From an uncultured Bacteroides sp. (GTDB lineage: Bacteria > Bacteroidota > Bacteroidia > Bacteroidales > JACABE01): 64,000 nt of DNA. The translations under genes were made by a program, and so were the position numbers. The stretch covers positions 19,999 to 83,998 of the forward strand of contig CAYRBL010000001.1 of assembly GCA_964422385.1 (NCBI GenBank), given 5' to 3'. Shown in pieces: positions 1 to 11,237 of the stretch (position 1 is the stretch's first letter; each line of letters opens with the position of its first letter). Under the pieces are notes generated by a model that did no database searches, was not told where the DNA came from, and saw nothing but the letters and a program-made list of their open reading frames with translations.

Positions 1-306
1 TTCAAAGCTGCGACTACTTTGAATTTGCCGGAGTTACCAATTGTTGAAGCAGCAACATCCAACGTTAATTATGTATATGATTCTCTTAAAGGGATGATTT
101 TAAACATGGATGGAAATTGTTTAGATCAATGAGATTACCAAGAACTGATTAGAAATTATATGTTTCTATATGCTCATGAAGAAGCCATGAGATTAGAAAG
201 ATATGACGATGCTGAAATGTTTTATGATATAATTAAAAAAGAATTTGCTAATTGCTCTTCTGATAGCTCTTTATTAGTAAGAAAACTTAATCAATGCAAT
301 TGCTAA
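1..306 (+). CDS. hypothetical protein, C-terminal fragment (start lies upstream of window)
   Basis: Frame 1 is open from the window edge to TAA 304-306. One in-frame TGA at 130-132 (LDQ-W-DYQ). The next gene starts 1 nt after the stop (TAA T ATG). Confidence 0.6.
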
Positions 307-307
307 T

Positions 308-1384
308 ATGACTGATATATATAATTCAATTGTATCTTCCATAACTAAATATTTATACGATTTACAGTATTTAGCTAGAAACGATACTAAGACTGCAAAC
401 GATATAATGTTGCTGATTATAGGTAAAGAGATTTATGATTGAAGTGTTTGATATAATTCTTATTCAAGTGACTTAATAAATAATACAACAATTTATAAAT
501 CTATACCTATATCAGATATAGATACTATAAATAAGTTTAATAAGACTATTATTCGCAATAATCAAAAATTGGTGAATTTTGTGATTCCTACTAATAATAC
601 TTATAAAAATATAAATACACCACAAACCATTTATACATGGCAACGCGTATATGATGATTTCAATGTAAGAACAGTAGAACCAGATACATCTAACCCAACT
701 ATTATAATATCGCTAACTGCTTTAACAAATTTTACTTATAGAGTAGGTCAAGGCCCTTCTGTAACACAATCCTTTGTAGTAAGTGGTTCTGATTTACGAA
801 CAGACATTGTAATTACTGCGCCTTCTAGTTATGAAATATCATTATCTCAAAATTCAGGATTTACAAATAGTATTACATTACCTAGAGTAAATAAAATTGT
901 TACAGATACAACAATTTATGTAAGATTAAAATCTGGATTAAGTGCAGGTAATGTAACACAAAATGTAACTATAACTTCTTTAGGTGTAACTACAAAAAAT
1001 ATAAGTTGTAGTGGATTTGTACTCTATATGCCATTTTTCTATAATAATATTATTACTAACACTAAACCTATAGCTTCAGAGGAATTAATTAATGCAATGG
1101 ATACTACAATAAGAGATGAAGATTCTAATGGAAGTATAATAATACCATTTTTATCACCATTTGGTTCATTCTCTTGGTTTGCTATTCCAACAACATCTAT
1201 TCAAAAAAGAAGTTGGTATGAAAATGATTTCAATAAAGAAAACATTGGCGGTAATGGTAATTTATTTGGAGATATAACAACATATGATATTACAGTTGAT
1301 GGGGTATTAGTTAACTACTCATTCTACATTACAAACTATCAATCTGAAATTGATACAATAACAATAATAAATACTACAATATAA
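308..1384 (+). CDS. virion surface / tail-fibre-cluster protein (358 aa with TGA=Trp); central beta-sandwich-like segment
   Basis: ATG 308, same frame as track ORF 569-1384. No TAA/TAG in between, only TGA at 440 and 449 (YD-W-SV-W-YN). Lies in the tail-fibre cluster. Stop TAA overlaps the next ATG (TAATG). Confidence 0.65.
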
Positions 1385-3576
1385 TGGCTGTAACAATTTA
1401 TAACAAACTTGATTTAAAAAAGGCAGACGTACTAGATATTAGATATGGGCCTTGAAAAGATACAACTTCTGCAATTGCAGGAGTTGCATATAAAGCGGTA
1501 GGGCTAACTGTTGGTATAGTCATAGGTACTATTGATCCAAGTTATTTTGATTCGTCAGGTAGATTAACTGGGACTTTACCAATTAATTTACCATCTACTG
1601 CAAAAGTAGTAGAATATTGGTGAGAGACTGATACTTCAAGTTTAGTACTTAAATCACAAGATTTATCTACTTATTATAATAAAACTGAAACAGATAATTT
1701 ACTTAATGTAAAAGCTAATCAAACTATTTTAGTATCATTAATAAATCCTGATCCTATAACATTAAATATAGGAGATAAAGTTTATAATCCAGATGCTAAA
1801 TTAATATATAATGTTATATCAGGAAATCCAGATAATACTTATGATGCTGGAACAAGTCCACAGTTAGGAGTATTATATGAATGTAATAATTTACTTTATG
1901 AATGAAACGGCACTGATTTAATTTTATTAGGATCCTCTTCAGGCTTATTTGATGGAGATTATAATCATTTAACTAATAAACCTACATTAGGTACAGCTGC
2001 TGCTAAAAACATTCCTGCAACTGGAAATGCTTCTGCTACAGAAGTAGTATATGGTACAGATAGTAGATTAACAGATTCAAGAACTCCTAATTCACATGCT
2101 GCATCACATACAAATGGTACTGATGATATTGCAATAGCCACACCTAGTGTAAGTGGTAGTGAGGGAAGTAAAGGTTTATTATCTGCAATTGATAAAGAGA
2201 AATTAAATAGTATAGCAAGTGGCGCACAAGTAAATGTTGCAACTAATTTAGGACAAGGTACAATAACAACAACTACAGTTCCTTTAACATCTAGTACAGG
2301 TTCTGGAACTACTTTATCAGCAGCAACACAATCTGCTGCAGGTGTAATGTCGTCTACGGATAAAACCAAATTAGATGGTATAGCTAGTGGTGCTAATGTT
2401 GGTGTAGTTCCAAATGGTGCAATTACTGGAGCTACAAAAACTAAAATAACATATGATTCAAAAGGACTTGTAACTAGTGGTGCTGATGCTACGGCTGACG
2501 ATATATTAGACGGAACTAATAAACATTTATTAACAACTGCACAACAGACAGTGTTAAATAATACAAGTGGCACTAACTCTGGAGATAATGCAACCAACAG
2601 TCAATATAGTGGTTTGGCCACATCAAAACAAGATGTCTTAAGTGTAGATGCAAATGAGGGAATAACTATTACCGCAAATTCAATAGGAACTCTTTATAAT
2701 TCAACTATTTCAGATAGTGTTCAAAGTGTAGTAGTAGGTGGAGCTCCAGCACAAGCTGCATCTGTTTGAAAAGCAAAATCTTTAGTACAAGTTTTAGATA
2801 CTATTTTATTTCCAACTATTTTAGCATCAATAAAAACAAATAAATCAGTTGATTTAACTATAAGTGGTACAACAGGAACTTTAGAAAATGGCCAAACCAT
2901 TTCTCGAACTTTAACTGCAACATTTAATAGAGGGGAGATATATAATGGAGATGGTACAACAAATGCAAATCCACTTGTTGGGACTGCAACCCAATATACA
3001 TTTACAGGAACAAATATTTCAAGTACACCACAAGCTGGAAACACATTAGCAGTCTCAAACGTAGTTGTAGATGGTTCAAATAACTGAGCAGTTACAGTTA
3101 ATCATAATGCCGGCAGTGGAAATTATTTTGATAATAAAGGAAATATTGGAACCAATTTAGATGCAAATCGTGTTAGTGGGACATCAGTTGATTCTTCCTC
3201 AAGTCCAACTGTAACAGGTGTTTATCCTTGATTTTATTTAAAATCCTCTTCACCAATTACAGCGAATGCTATGGCTACTGCTATTCAAGCAGGTACAGCA
3301 ACAAAAGTAGTAGCATCAAGTACAGGAACAATATCTATACCTTATAACGTAAATGCACAGTATTTAGCAGTAGCTTATCCTGCAGCATCAACAACTAAGA
3401 TAGTATATTATGTAACTGCATTGGATAATGGAGCTATTACAGTAGTATTTGAGGCTGTAACAACACAGAGTGTAAACTCTCCTGATTCTTATTGGTCAGC
3501 ACAATCATATAAAATACATGTTAGTAAGTCTGCATTGACAAACTCTAACGCAACAATAGAATTAAGAAATTCATAA
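1384..3576 (+). CDS. tail fibre protein (730 aa with TGA=Trp)
   Basis: Merges track ORFs 2347-2769 and 3271-3576 with upstream open frame. Six in-frame TGA. Phage tail-fibre repeat motifs GLLSAIDKEKLNSI (about 2170-2215) and GVMSSTDKTKLDGI (about 2341-2385). N-terminus is paralogous to the next gene. Confidence 0.8.
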
Positions 3577-3577
3577 T

Positions 3578-6500
3578 ATGGCATTAACAGGAATACAATT
3601 ATCAGCTGGTATCGTAGTAGGATCTAACGTAAGTGTAGATGCTAAATATGGACCATATGCTGATGTACCAACAGCAAACAGTCAAATTGGTTCAACTTTA
3701 AGATATAAAGGATTAACTGTAGGAATATTATCAGGAGGATCAGTAATAGAATATTGATATAAAGATGATATATTAGATACTAGTTTAATAGTAAAATCTC
3801 CGGATTTATCTACTAAACAAGATACTTTAGTTTCAGGTACTAATATTAAAACTATTAATGGAACTTCAGTTTTAGGTAGTGGTAATATTAGTATTACTGG
3901 TGGCGGTGCCGGCGGAGATACTAGTGCTATACATACTACTATAGCAAATGAAATTAGTACACTTACTGAGAAAACAACTCCTGTAGGAACTGATTTGATT
4001 ATTATAGAAGATTCAGCTGCAAGTGGAGTTAAGAAAAAAGTTCAATTAACTAATACTCCTATATCTTCGGCAACACAAACAGCATTAAATGCTAAAGAGC
4101 CTACAATAACAAGCGGTACAACAAGTCAATATTATCGTGGTGATAAAACTTTTCAGACTTTAGATAAAACGGCAGTAGGTTTAAGTAATGTAGATAATAC
4201 TTCTGATACAAATAAACCAGTAAGTACAGCAACACAAACAGCACTTAACGGTAAAGAAAATAATATTACTGCAACAACTAGTGCAGATTATTATAGAGGA
4301 GATAAAACTTTCCAACCATTAAATAAAGCAGCAGTTGGGTTAGGTAATGTTGATAATACATCAGATGCAACAAAAAATTCTGCAATTGCAACACTTACTA
4401 ATAAAACAATAGATTATAATAATAATACTTTACAAAATATTCCTTTGGCTGCTGGTGGATTAACTCAACCAACAATTAGTGGAAATACTTCAAGTGGAGT
4501 ATTAACTATTGAAAGTATGTTAGCTAATTTATATTCTACATCAGATCAAACTGGAGATATAAAGAAATATACAATTGCAGCAACAAATAGTTTATCTGCT
4601 TTAAGTCCTAATACATATTATTATTTATATGTTGATTATACAGGAGGTAATCCAGCATATGCAATAACTACAGATAATACAATAATTACTCATTCTAATA
4701 AAATTGCAGTAGCTCAAATTTATTGAGAAAGTGTTGGAAGTATAAATGAATTTGATATTTTTTATGTAGGTACTTATGGTTATGGATTAGCTAATAAAGT
4801 AGCACATAGATTAATACATACTGAAAGATTTGGTTATGAGTCTGGATTAGGATTAGGTGAGGATGGCAGTCGACATATAACTATTGGGAGTGGTTCTATA
4901 TGATATGATGGTGAGAATGTAATGATAAACACAACATTAAATTCAGGAAGTACACCATATCATTTTTATTATCATACTGAGGTAGGTGATTGGAATTTAA
5001 CAACTGCAAATATTTATAACAATACTCAATACGATTCTACATTAACAGGTTTACAAACTTTATCTAATGGTAAATATGCTGTAAATTGGGTATATAGAAG
5101 TTTAGCTGGAACAAGTACAGAAATGTATGTAGTATTAGGAAATGGAAATTATACTTTAGCACAAGCTCAAGCTTCTACTCCTCCAACTGTTACAGCTAAT
5201 TTATCTAAAATGTCTATCTTAGTAGGTAGAATTATAGTACAAAAAGGAGCAACAACTGCTACACAAATTGATTCTGCATTTACAAAAACATTTGCAACAT
5301 CAGGTGTATTTAATCATAATGATTTAAGTAATATACAAGGTGGTTCTGCAGGAAATGAATATCATTTAGGTTTAACTAATGAATCGTTAACTAAGACTAC
5401 GCCAACAACATCAGATAACTTATTATTAAAAGATGCAGCAGATAGTACTTGAAAAAATGCAAGTCTAGCAAATATTCCAATCTCAACACCACAACAAACA
5501 GTGTTGGATCAAAAGAAATATTTTCATGGTATATTATCAAGAAGTACAGTATTACCTTTACCAACAACAAGTTTATCTACACCTATATTTACTTTAAGTA
5601 CAGGAACGACTAATTTAATTTATTATAATCAAGGTGTTAAATATACTGTTTCTGTAGATAAAGCCACAGCATTACAAGGAAATCCTTCTACAGCACAAAC
5701 TAGTGGTAATTTAGTTATTGGTCAATATTATATTATTAATACTTACGCAGGAGGTGATTTTACTAATGTAGGTGCAGCATCTAATGCACAGTACGTTGTA
5801 TTTCAAGCAACTGGTACAACACCTGCAAGTTGAGGTGGAGGTTCAACATTATATAACATGTCGGGATTATATTGAATATATTTTTCTGATGCTAATGGTA
5901 CATTAGTTAATAGTACTATATTTCCAGGAATGGATGATACAAATGTTATAGTTTCTGCTGTATATTGGAATGGAACAACAGGTATCGTATGAGATGAAAG
6001 ACACTCTTATAACAGAGATATTCAATGACATACATGAGCACATAGTACTATTGGTACAAGATATGGTAGTGGATTAAGTTTTTCATTTGCTGGAACAACT
6101 AATACTGATACAACATTTACAATAGGTGCTGGTAATATATATGATGAGGATATAGCCTTTACTATAGGTTCTACAACAAAAGCTAGAATATGATATCAAA
6201 ATAGTGTATCAACTTATACTTTTGTAAGTTCGTTGTCTAATAGACCTTATTATACAGCTAGTGAAAGTACACCTGCTGCAGGTATATATGCTGTAAATGG
6301 AAGTACATATGCACTAACAGCACCTTTAACATCATCAACAAGATATTTTAATTATTTTGTTTATGCTACTACTTCAATTGCTAATCCTATACATATATTT
6401 GTAGAAACAGTTGCAGTTGGAAATATAGGAGGTTATACTTCAGTAACAAATGCTAGAGCAGCATCTCTTCCAAATATTAATTCTGTAGGTTTAAGTCCAG

Positions 6501-6961
6501 AATATAAATTACTTTATAGGGTAATTGTAAATGGCGCTGGGTTAGTTCAAACTGTTACTACAGCAGATGATTATAGAGCACAAACTTCTTTAGCGGGAGG
6601 TGTAAGTGCAAGTACTACAGCATCAAGTGTTTCATTTGCTCCTTATAGTTCTGTTACAGCAAGTACTGTACAAACAGCAATACAACAATTAGCTAGAGTA
6701 CAATTAGGTGTATTTAAAAATGGATTAACATCAGTTGCACAACCACAAGCTTTTAGTTATCCTTATAATTTAACTTGTACAGCAGTAACTAAACAATTAA
6801 ATTGTAGTGATTATTCTGTAACAATTGGGGCGACTACTTATAATACAGCAAGTACTTTAGTGGGAGTTTCTATACCAGCTAATACTACAATAACTTTTAA
6901 TGATTTAACAATTTCAGGAGCAGGAGTAATAGCTAATGCTTTATTTACTTTTAATGAATAA
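3578..6961 (+). CDS. tail fibre protein (1127 aa with TGA=Trp)
   Basis: Merges track ORFs 3995-4726, 4922-5452, 5501-5833 and 6233-6961, all phase 2. Ten in-frame TGA, no TAA/TAG. Tandem fibre repeat YYRGDKTFQ.L.K.AVGL.NVDNTSD (4124-4400). N-terminal domain shared with CDS 1384-3576. Confidence 0.8.
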
Positions 6962-6967
6962 TAGAAT

Positions 6968-7222
6968 ATGATACAAATAACAGACACAGTACAATTTGAG
7001 AATGGTTTATTATCTGAACAAACAGATGAATTTAAACAATGGTATGGAGAAAATGTGGCTTCTCAAATTACAGATTTGCTTCCTATAGAAGCAAGAGATA
7101 AATATAATAGACCTTATTTATGAAAAGTTTCAGTAGCAGGATATACATTTGAAGTATATCCCCAATACATTTATGAAACAGCTTCTAATTGGGCAATGTC
7201 TAACATTTTAATTAAATTATAA
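6968..7222 (+). CDS. small hypothetical protein (84 aa) within tail-fibre cluster
   Basis: ATG 6968, one in-frame TGA (PYL-W-KVS), TAA 7220-7222 overlapping the next ATG. Not in the ORF track because it is split by TGA. Confidence 0.5.
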
Positions 7223-9951
7223 TGGCATCAAATTTATTTAAATTAAAAACTGTTCCAAATCCAGATGGAAGTGAATCATCTAATTTTGTAAATAATACAA
7301 GTTATGCATTTGTACATACTTATTTAGGAGATGATTCTACAGGAAATGGAACTAGAGAATATCCATTTAGAAGTGTAGCTAGGGCAGCATTAAAAAATAA
7401 TAAAATAGTATTTAGAGGAGTTATTAATGAAAGTCTAGTTAATATAGCTATTATTGGGGATGATATTAATCAACAAGTTACTACATCTAATTTTGGAATT
7501 ACATATGGACAAGGAACTAGTCTTGTTAATTTAACTACTGAATATCCAACTCCTATAGGATATGGACTACCTTTATCAAGAACAATATTCACTAAAAGTA
7601 ATTCTCCTTCTTTTGCTTCGACAAATGAAAATCAAGGATTTAGAAATTGTTTATGTTATGGTTTAATTTCTGGAACTAATTCATCAAGTATTGGAGTATT
7701 TATAAATAATACAGTTAATAGATTGAATTATAATGGAACTGGAGTACAATATGTAAAAAATTCAATTATAATAACTGATTTTACTCCTACTTCTTCATTA
7801 TCTTGATTTTATTATAATATATTATTAAGTAATACAATAATTAAAAGTAATGGAATAAATATAGTAATTCCAAATTTTACAAATGATAGTAAAGCAAATC
7901 TTCAAATTTTAAGAAATGCTTTACAATGTTCAGCTGGTTCTGAAGCTTTTGTTTATTCAAGTTATACATATGTAGCAGGAGTATCTGCAACTTTTACAGG
8001 AAGTATTAATGGTACTGGAACAACTGCTAAAATAGCACATGATTCTGGAGTTACTTGTTTTGGATTAAATAATTCTTATAATGGTACATTACAATCAGCA
8101 ATAACAGCAAATAGTACTCCAACTACAATTACATTATTGATATCAAATCCAACAGCATTTCCATCAACTGGAACAATTACTATTCCAAATACAGGAAGTA
8201 TTAGTGCATCAACAACATTAACAATGTTATCTAAAGATTCTTTTGGAAATGAAGTTAATTTAATTATTAAAGAAACTAGAAATGGAGGGAGTCATCCAAA
8301 TATTTTTAATAATTATAATACAAATATTACAACAACTTTAGGAACTACAATTCCAATAAATCCAGTAACTGCTTTAACTACTGTTGTTTTAACAAATGGT
8401 TCAGCTTTTCCTTCAACCGGAGATTTATTTATTACTAATGATGATGGAAGTGGGTATGAAGTATTTACTTATACTTCAAAATCAGGTAATAATTTTACAG
8501 GAAGTTATAAATTTCAAAAAGCACATACTAGTGGTGTTACAGTAATACAATATGGAAGTGTAATAGATTATACTTTAAATCCAGATGTAAATAATGAAGC
8601 ATTATGAGCAAGTGATATTGGAGCATATACAGGATGTTTTAAACCAACATCACCTGTAAATTCATCTGTAACAACATTTGGAACAGTAACAGATGTAAAT
8701 ACATCTGGAGTTGATACAGCCAATGTTTCAAATTTAATGTTAAAAAACTCCGATGATACAATATCTTTTCAAAGTAGTGGAACTGGACAAATATGAAATA
8801 GACTTAGGACTATTGGCGTTATTACAATTCCTATAGGTACTACATTTAAAGGTTTACAAACCATTTCTACAGATGGAAGTCCTTTTGGCTATTATTTTGG
8901 TAAATATCAAAATTTAGTTTCTGCAAGTTTTATTTATGCAACAAATGCAACAGGTAGTCCATCACCTACAACACTTAGTCCAAACTCTATTTATAAAGTA
9001 AGTAATATTGCACATGATATTACAAAAGCTATAATATATGGAAATACACAATATTTACCAGACTTTTTTATAAATACAATACCTATTGGTACTATTGCGG
9101 TAACAAACGGAAGTCCTAATGTTACAGGTACAAATACTACATTTACTAAATTTTATAAAGTAGGAGATACGATAGTAATAAATGGAATATCTAAAACTGT
9201 ATCTTCAGTTACTGATACAGCAATAATCGCTGATTCAAATTATACAGCAGCGTATAATGGAAGTTATACTCCTCCTTTAACATTTACTCTTACTAATCCT
9301 GGAAGTGGTACTGAAACAGTATTATATAAAATCTTAGGTGATCCAATAGAAAGTGTTGAAGTATATCCTTATGATGATTCTGCAGGAACAGTTCCAAGTG
9401 TAACGTTTCCTAAATTCTCAGCACCTTTAGCAGCACTAGTTTTATGTCTTTATTATAGTGCTACGGGAGCAAGTAGATATGAAAAAACAACTGGAGCTCC
9501 TGTTTTATTTTATGATTTAGTAAATATAGCACAGTTAATGGCTGATTTTCCTGGAACAAATCCAGTAACTACATTAGCAACAAGTTTAAGTGGGAATACA
9601 ACAACTGTAGTACTAACTTCATCATCAGGGTTTCCTCCATTTGGAACAGCAAGAGTTGGAGCAACACCTTTTGTTTATACTTCAATTACAAGTAATACTT
9701 TAAATGGATCGAATCAAACTATGGGAACAATTACTGCTGGAGAAAGAGTAGACTTATTATATAAATTAGATAATCCTAAAATATCATATTATTCTTCTGG
9801 AAGTGCAATTAATACAGGATGGCAAGTAAGTAATGCTGATGAAGAGTTTTTAACTCTATCACAGAGCGCTTATTTTACAACATCAACTCCATCATTTAAA
9901 TATTGTAAGTTAGAAATAAATGGTCATTTTGATTTAGCATTCGATTACTAA
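7222..9951 (+). CDS. large tail fibre/spike-like protein (909 aa with TGA=Trp)
   Basis: Merges track ORFs 7222-7806, 8137-8607 and 9538-9951, all phase 1. Three in-frame TGA. T/S/N-rich beta-type composition and position in the fibre cluster. Confidence 0.65.
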
Positions 9952-9952
9952 T

Positions 9953-10237
9953 ATGAGTTTATTATCAGAGCATTTAGCTATTCATAGTACAGATACAGCA
10001 AGAAATCAAATCGAAGCTGTATCTGTACCAAGGATATCAAGTATTGGTTTAGTTTTAGATTTTGGAATTGTTCCTTCAAATAATGCAAATAAATCTTTAA
10101 TTTCAAAAATCAGTAGAATTGGTGTAACTATAGATTATGGTGCTGTTCCTAATAAAAATTATTTTCCAACAAGAATTAATACTTTAGGAATTATAGTAGA
10201 TACTATACCTGCAAATTTAATGATACAAGTTTTATAA
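9953..10237 (+). CDS. small hypothetical protein (94 aa) with three internal I..xG...D.G.VP.N repeats
   Basis: Track ORF. Start is 1 nt after the upstream TAA. Repeats are ISSIGLVLDFGIVPSNN / ISRIGVTIDYGAVPNKN / INTLGIIVDTIPAN. Confidence 0.45.
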   Translation: MSLLSEHLAIHSTDTARNQIEAVSVPRISSIGLVLDFGIVPSNNANKSLISKISRIGVTIDYGAVPNKNYFPTRINTLGIIVDTIPANLMIQVL

Positions 10238-10238
10238 A

Positions 10239-10565
10239 ATGATTATATCAAATTTAATATTAATTATATTATTTGCAATTTATAATGGATTAATTATTAG
10301 GTGACAACAAAAAATAGATAGTGCGACATTATGACATATAGTATCGTTTATAATTAGAATTATATTAATTATCCAAATAGATAATATAGGACTAATGTTA
10401 ATATTATTTTTTATATCTTGATTTGGATATAATACAATTATAAATATACTTTTAAAACAAAAATGAAATTATTTTGGAAAATATGATTTTATTCAAGGTA
10501 CTTGATATTATCTTTTGAATATTATAATTTTATTAGTTGGTATTTATTTAACAATAAAAAATTAA
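10239..10565 (+). CDS. putative holin: 108-aa multi-pass membrane protein visible only with TGA=Trp
   Basis: ATG 10239 lies 1 nt after TAA. Five in-frame TGA (first at 10302-10304), no TGG, and TAA at 10563-10565. Translation is MIISNLILIILFAIYNGLIIRWQQKIDSATLWHIVSFIIRIILIIQIDNIGLMLILFFISWFGYNTIINILLKQKWNYFGKYDFIQGTWYYLLNIIILLVGIYLTIKN, with 3-4 hydrophobic helices. Sits immediately upstream of the endolysin. Confidence 0.6.
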
Positions 10566-10566
10566 C

Positions 10567-11067
10567 ATGAGTAATATATTAATAGAATTAGTAACACATT
10601 TTGAGGGTCTTCATGATGGAGATCTTCATCAAATAGGTCTTCAACCTAAAATGGATCCAGTGGGAATCTGGACAGAAGGTTGGGGAAGAGCAATGATAGG
10701 TAAAGATGGAAAATTTATTAAAGGTGCAGACAAAAAAACTTTAGCTTATGCATCACAAACAATACATACCAAAGAAGAGGCAGATGCAGCATTATTAGTA
10801 GATTTGAAACCTTTTCAATTACAAGTTCATAGAAAAGTTACTATACCTCTAACTGAAGCTCAAGAAGCAGCATTGGTATCATTTTTTTATAATACAGGAG
10901 GAAGTAGCACACTTTGTAAGTTGGTTAATGCCAAAGACCCAAGTCTAGTAGACTGGTGGTCTTCTCATTATACTTCTGCCCAAGGAGTTGAATTGAAAGG
11001 TTTGAAATTAAGAAGACAAACTGAGGCTCATCTATTTTCTACAGGTGACCTTAAGTTTTATAACTAA
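10567..11067 (+). CDS. endolysin, GH24 (T4/lambda-type phage lysozyme)
   Basis: Motifs THFEG...D..G..T.GWG near the N-terminus and ALVSFFYNTG ... GLKLRRQTEAHLF are typical of the Phage_lysozyme/GH24 family. All Trp are TGG. TAA stop. Confidence 0.85.
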   Translation: MSNILIELVTHFEGLHDGDLHQIGLQPKMDPVGIWTEGWGRAMIGKDGKFIKGADKKTLAYASQTIHTKEEADAALLVDLKPFQLQVHRKVTIPLTEAQEAALVSFFYNTGGSSTLCKLVNAKDPSLVDWWSSHYTSAQGVELKGLKLRRQTEAHLFSTGDLKFYN

Positions 11068-11087
11068 AAAATAAATTAAATGTTATT

Positions 11088-11144
11088 CTACCCTTATTAT
11101 TAACAAAGTTTAATGAATATATATTTTGTTAGTAATAAAGGTAG
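11088..11144 (+). promoter_or_regulatory. long imperfect hairpin at the lysis/head module boundary
   Basis: CTACCCTTATTATTAACAAA (11088-11107) pairs with TTTGTTAGTAATAAAGGTAG (11125-11144): 18 Watson-Crick pairs, 1 G-U and 1 mismatch, with a 17-nt loop. No T-tract follows it. Confidence 0.5.
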
Positions 11145-11152
11145 TAACTTTG
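11145..11152 (+). promoter_or_regulatory. possible Bacteroidota-type -7 promoter box (TAnnTTTG)
   Basis: TAACTTTG matches the TAnnTTTG consensus, 86 nt upstream of ATG 11238. A TTTG at 11125 is only 16 nt upstream, shorter than the canonical spacing. A second exact match, TAAGTTTG, lies at 31733-31740 upstream of CDS 31765. Confidence 0.25.
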
Positions 11153-11237
11153 CACTAAATAATGGAATACAACTATTTCATTGATAAAGATGAATAAACG
11201 AGATAGATTTTAAATATTAAACAATTGTAAATGTAAA

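Noticed and set aside
1965-3044. Minus-strand ORFs of 210 aa (1965-2597) and 107 aa (2721-3044)
   Set aside because: They lie antisense to a tail-fibre gene that has clear fibre-repeat motifs. Their translations are low-complexity V/A/L/P strings typical of shadow ORFs opposite T/S/A/G-rich coding sequence. They have no start context or flanking intergenic space.
4124-4400. Tandem duplication in the fibre gene, considered as a DNA-level satellite or recombination hotspot
   Set aside because: The two units are similar at the protein level (YYRGDKTFQ.L.K.AVGL.NVDNTSD) but substantially diverged at the nucleotide level. This is a structural fibre repeat rather than a recent DNA repeat.
11068-11237. 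Possible suppressor tRNA or other small RNA in the largest intergenic gap (also checked 13668-13750, 16929-16996, 31692-31764)
   Set aside because: No cloverleaf-compatible arrangement is present: no GTTC-type T-arm and no acceptor-stem pairing. The structures found are a single long hairpin or terminator stem-loops. A suppressor tRNA, if it exists, must lie outside this window.
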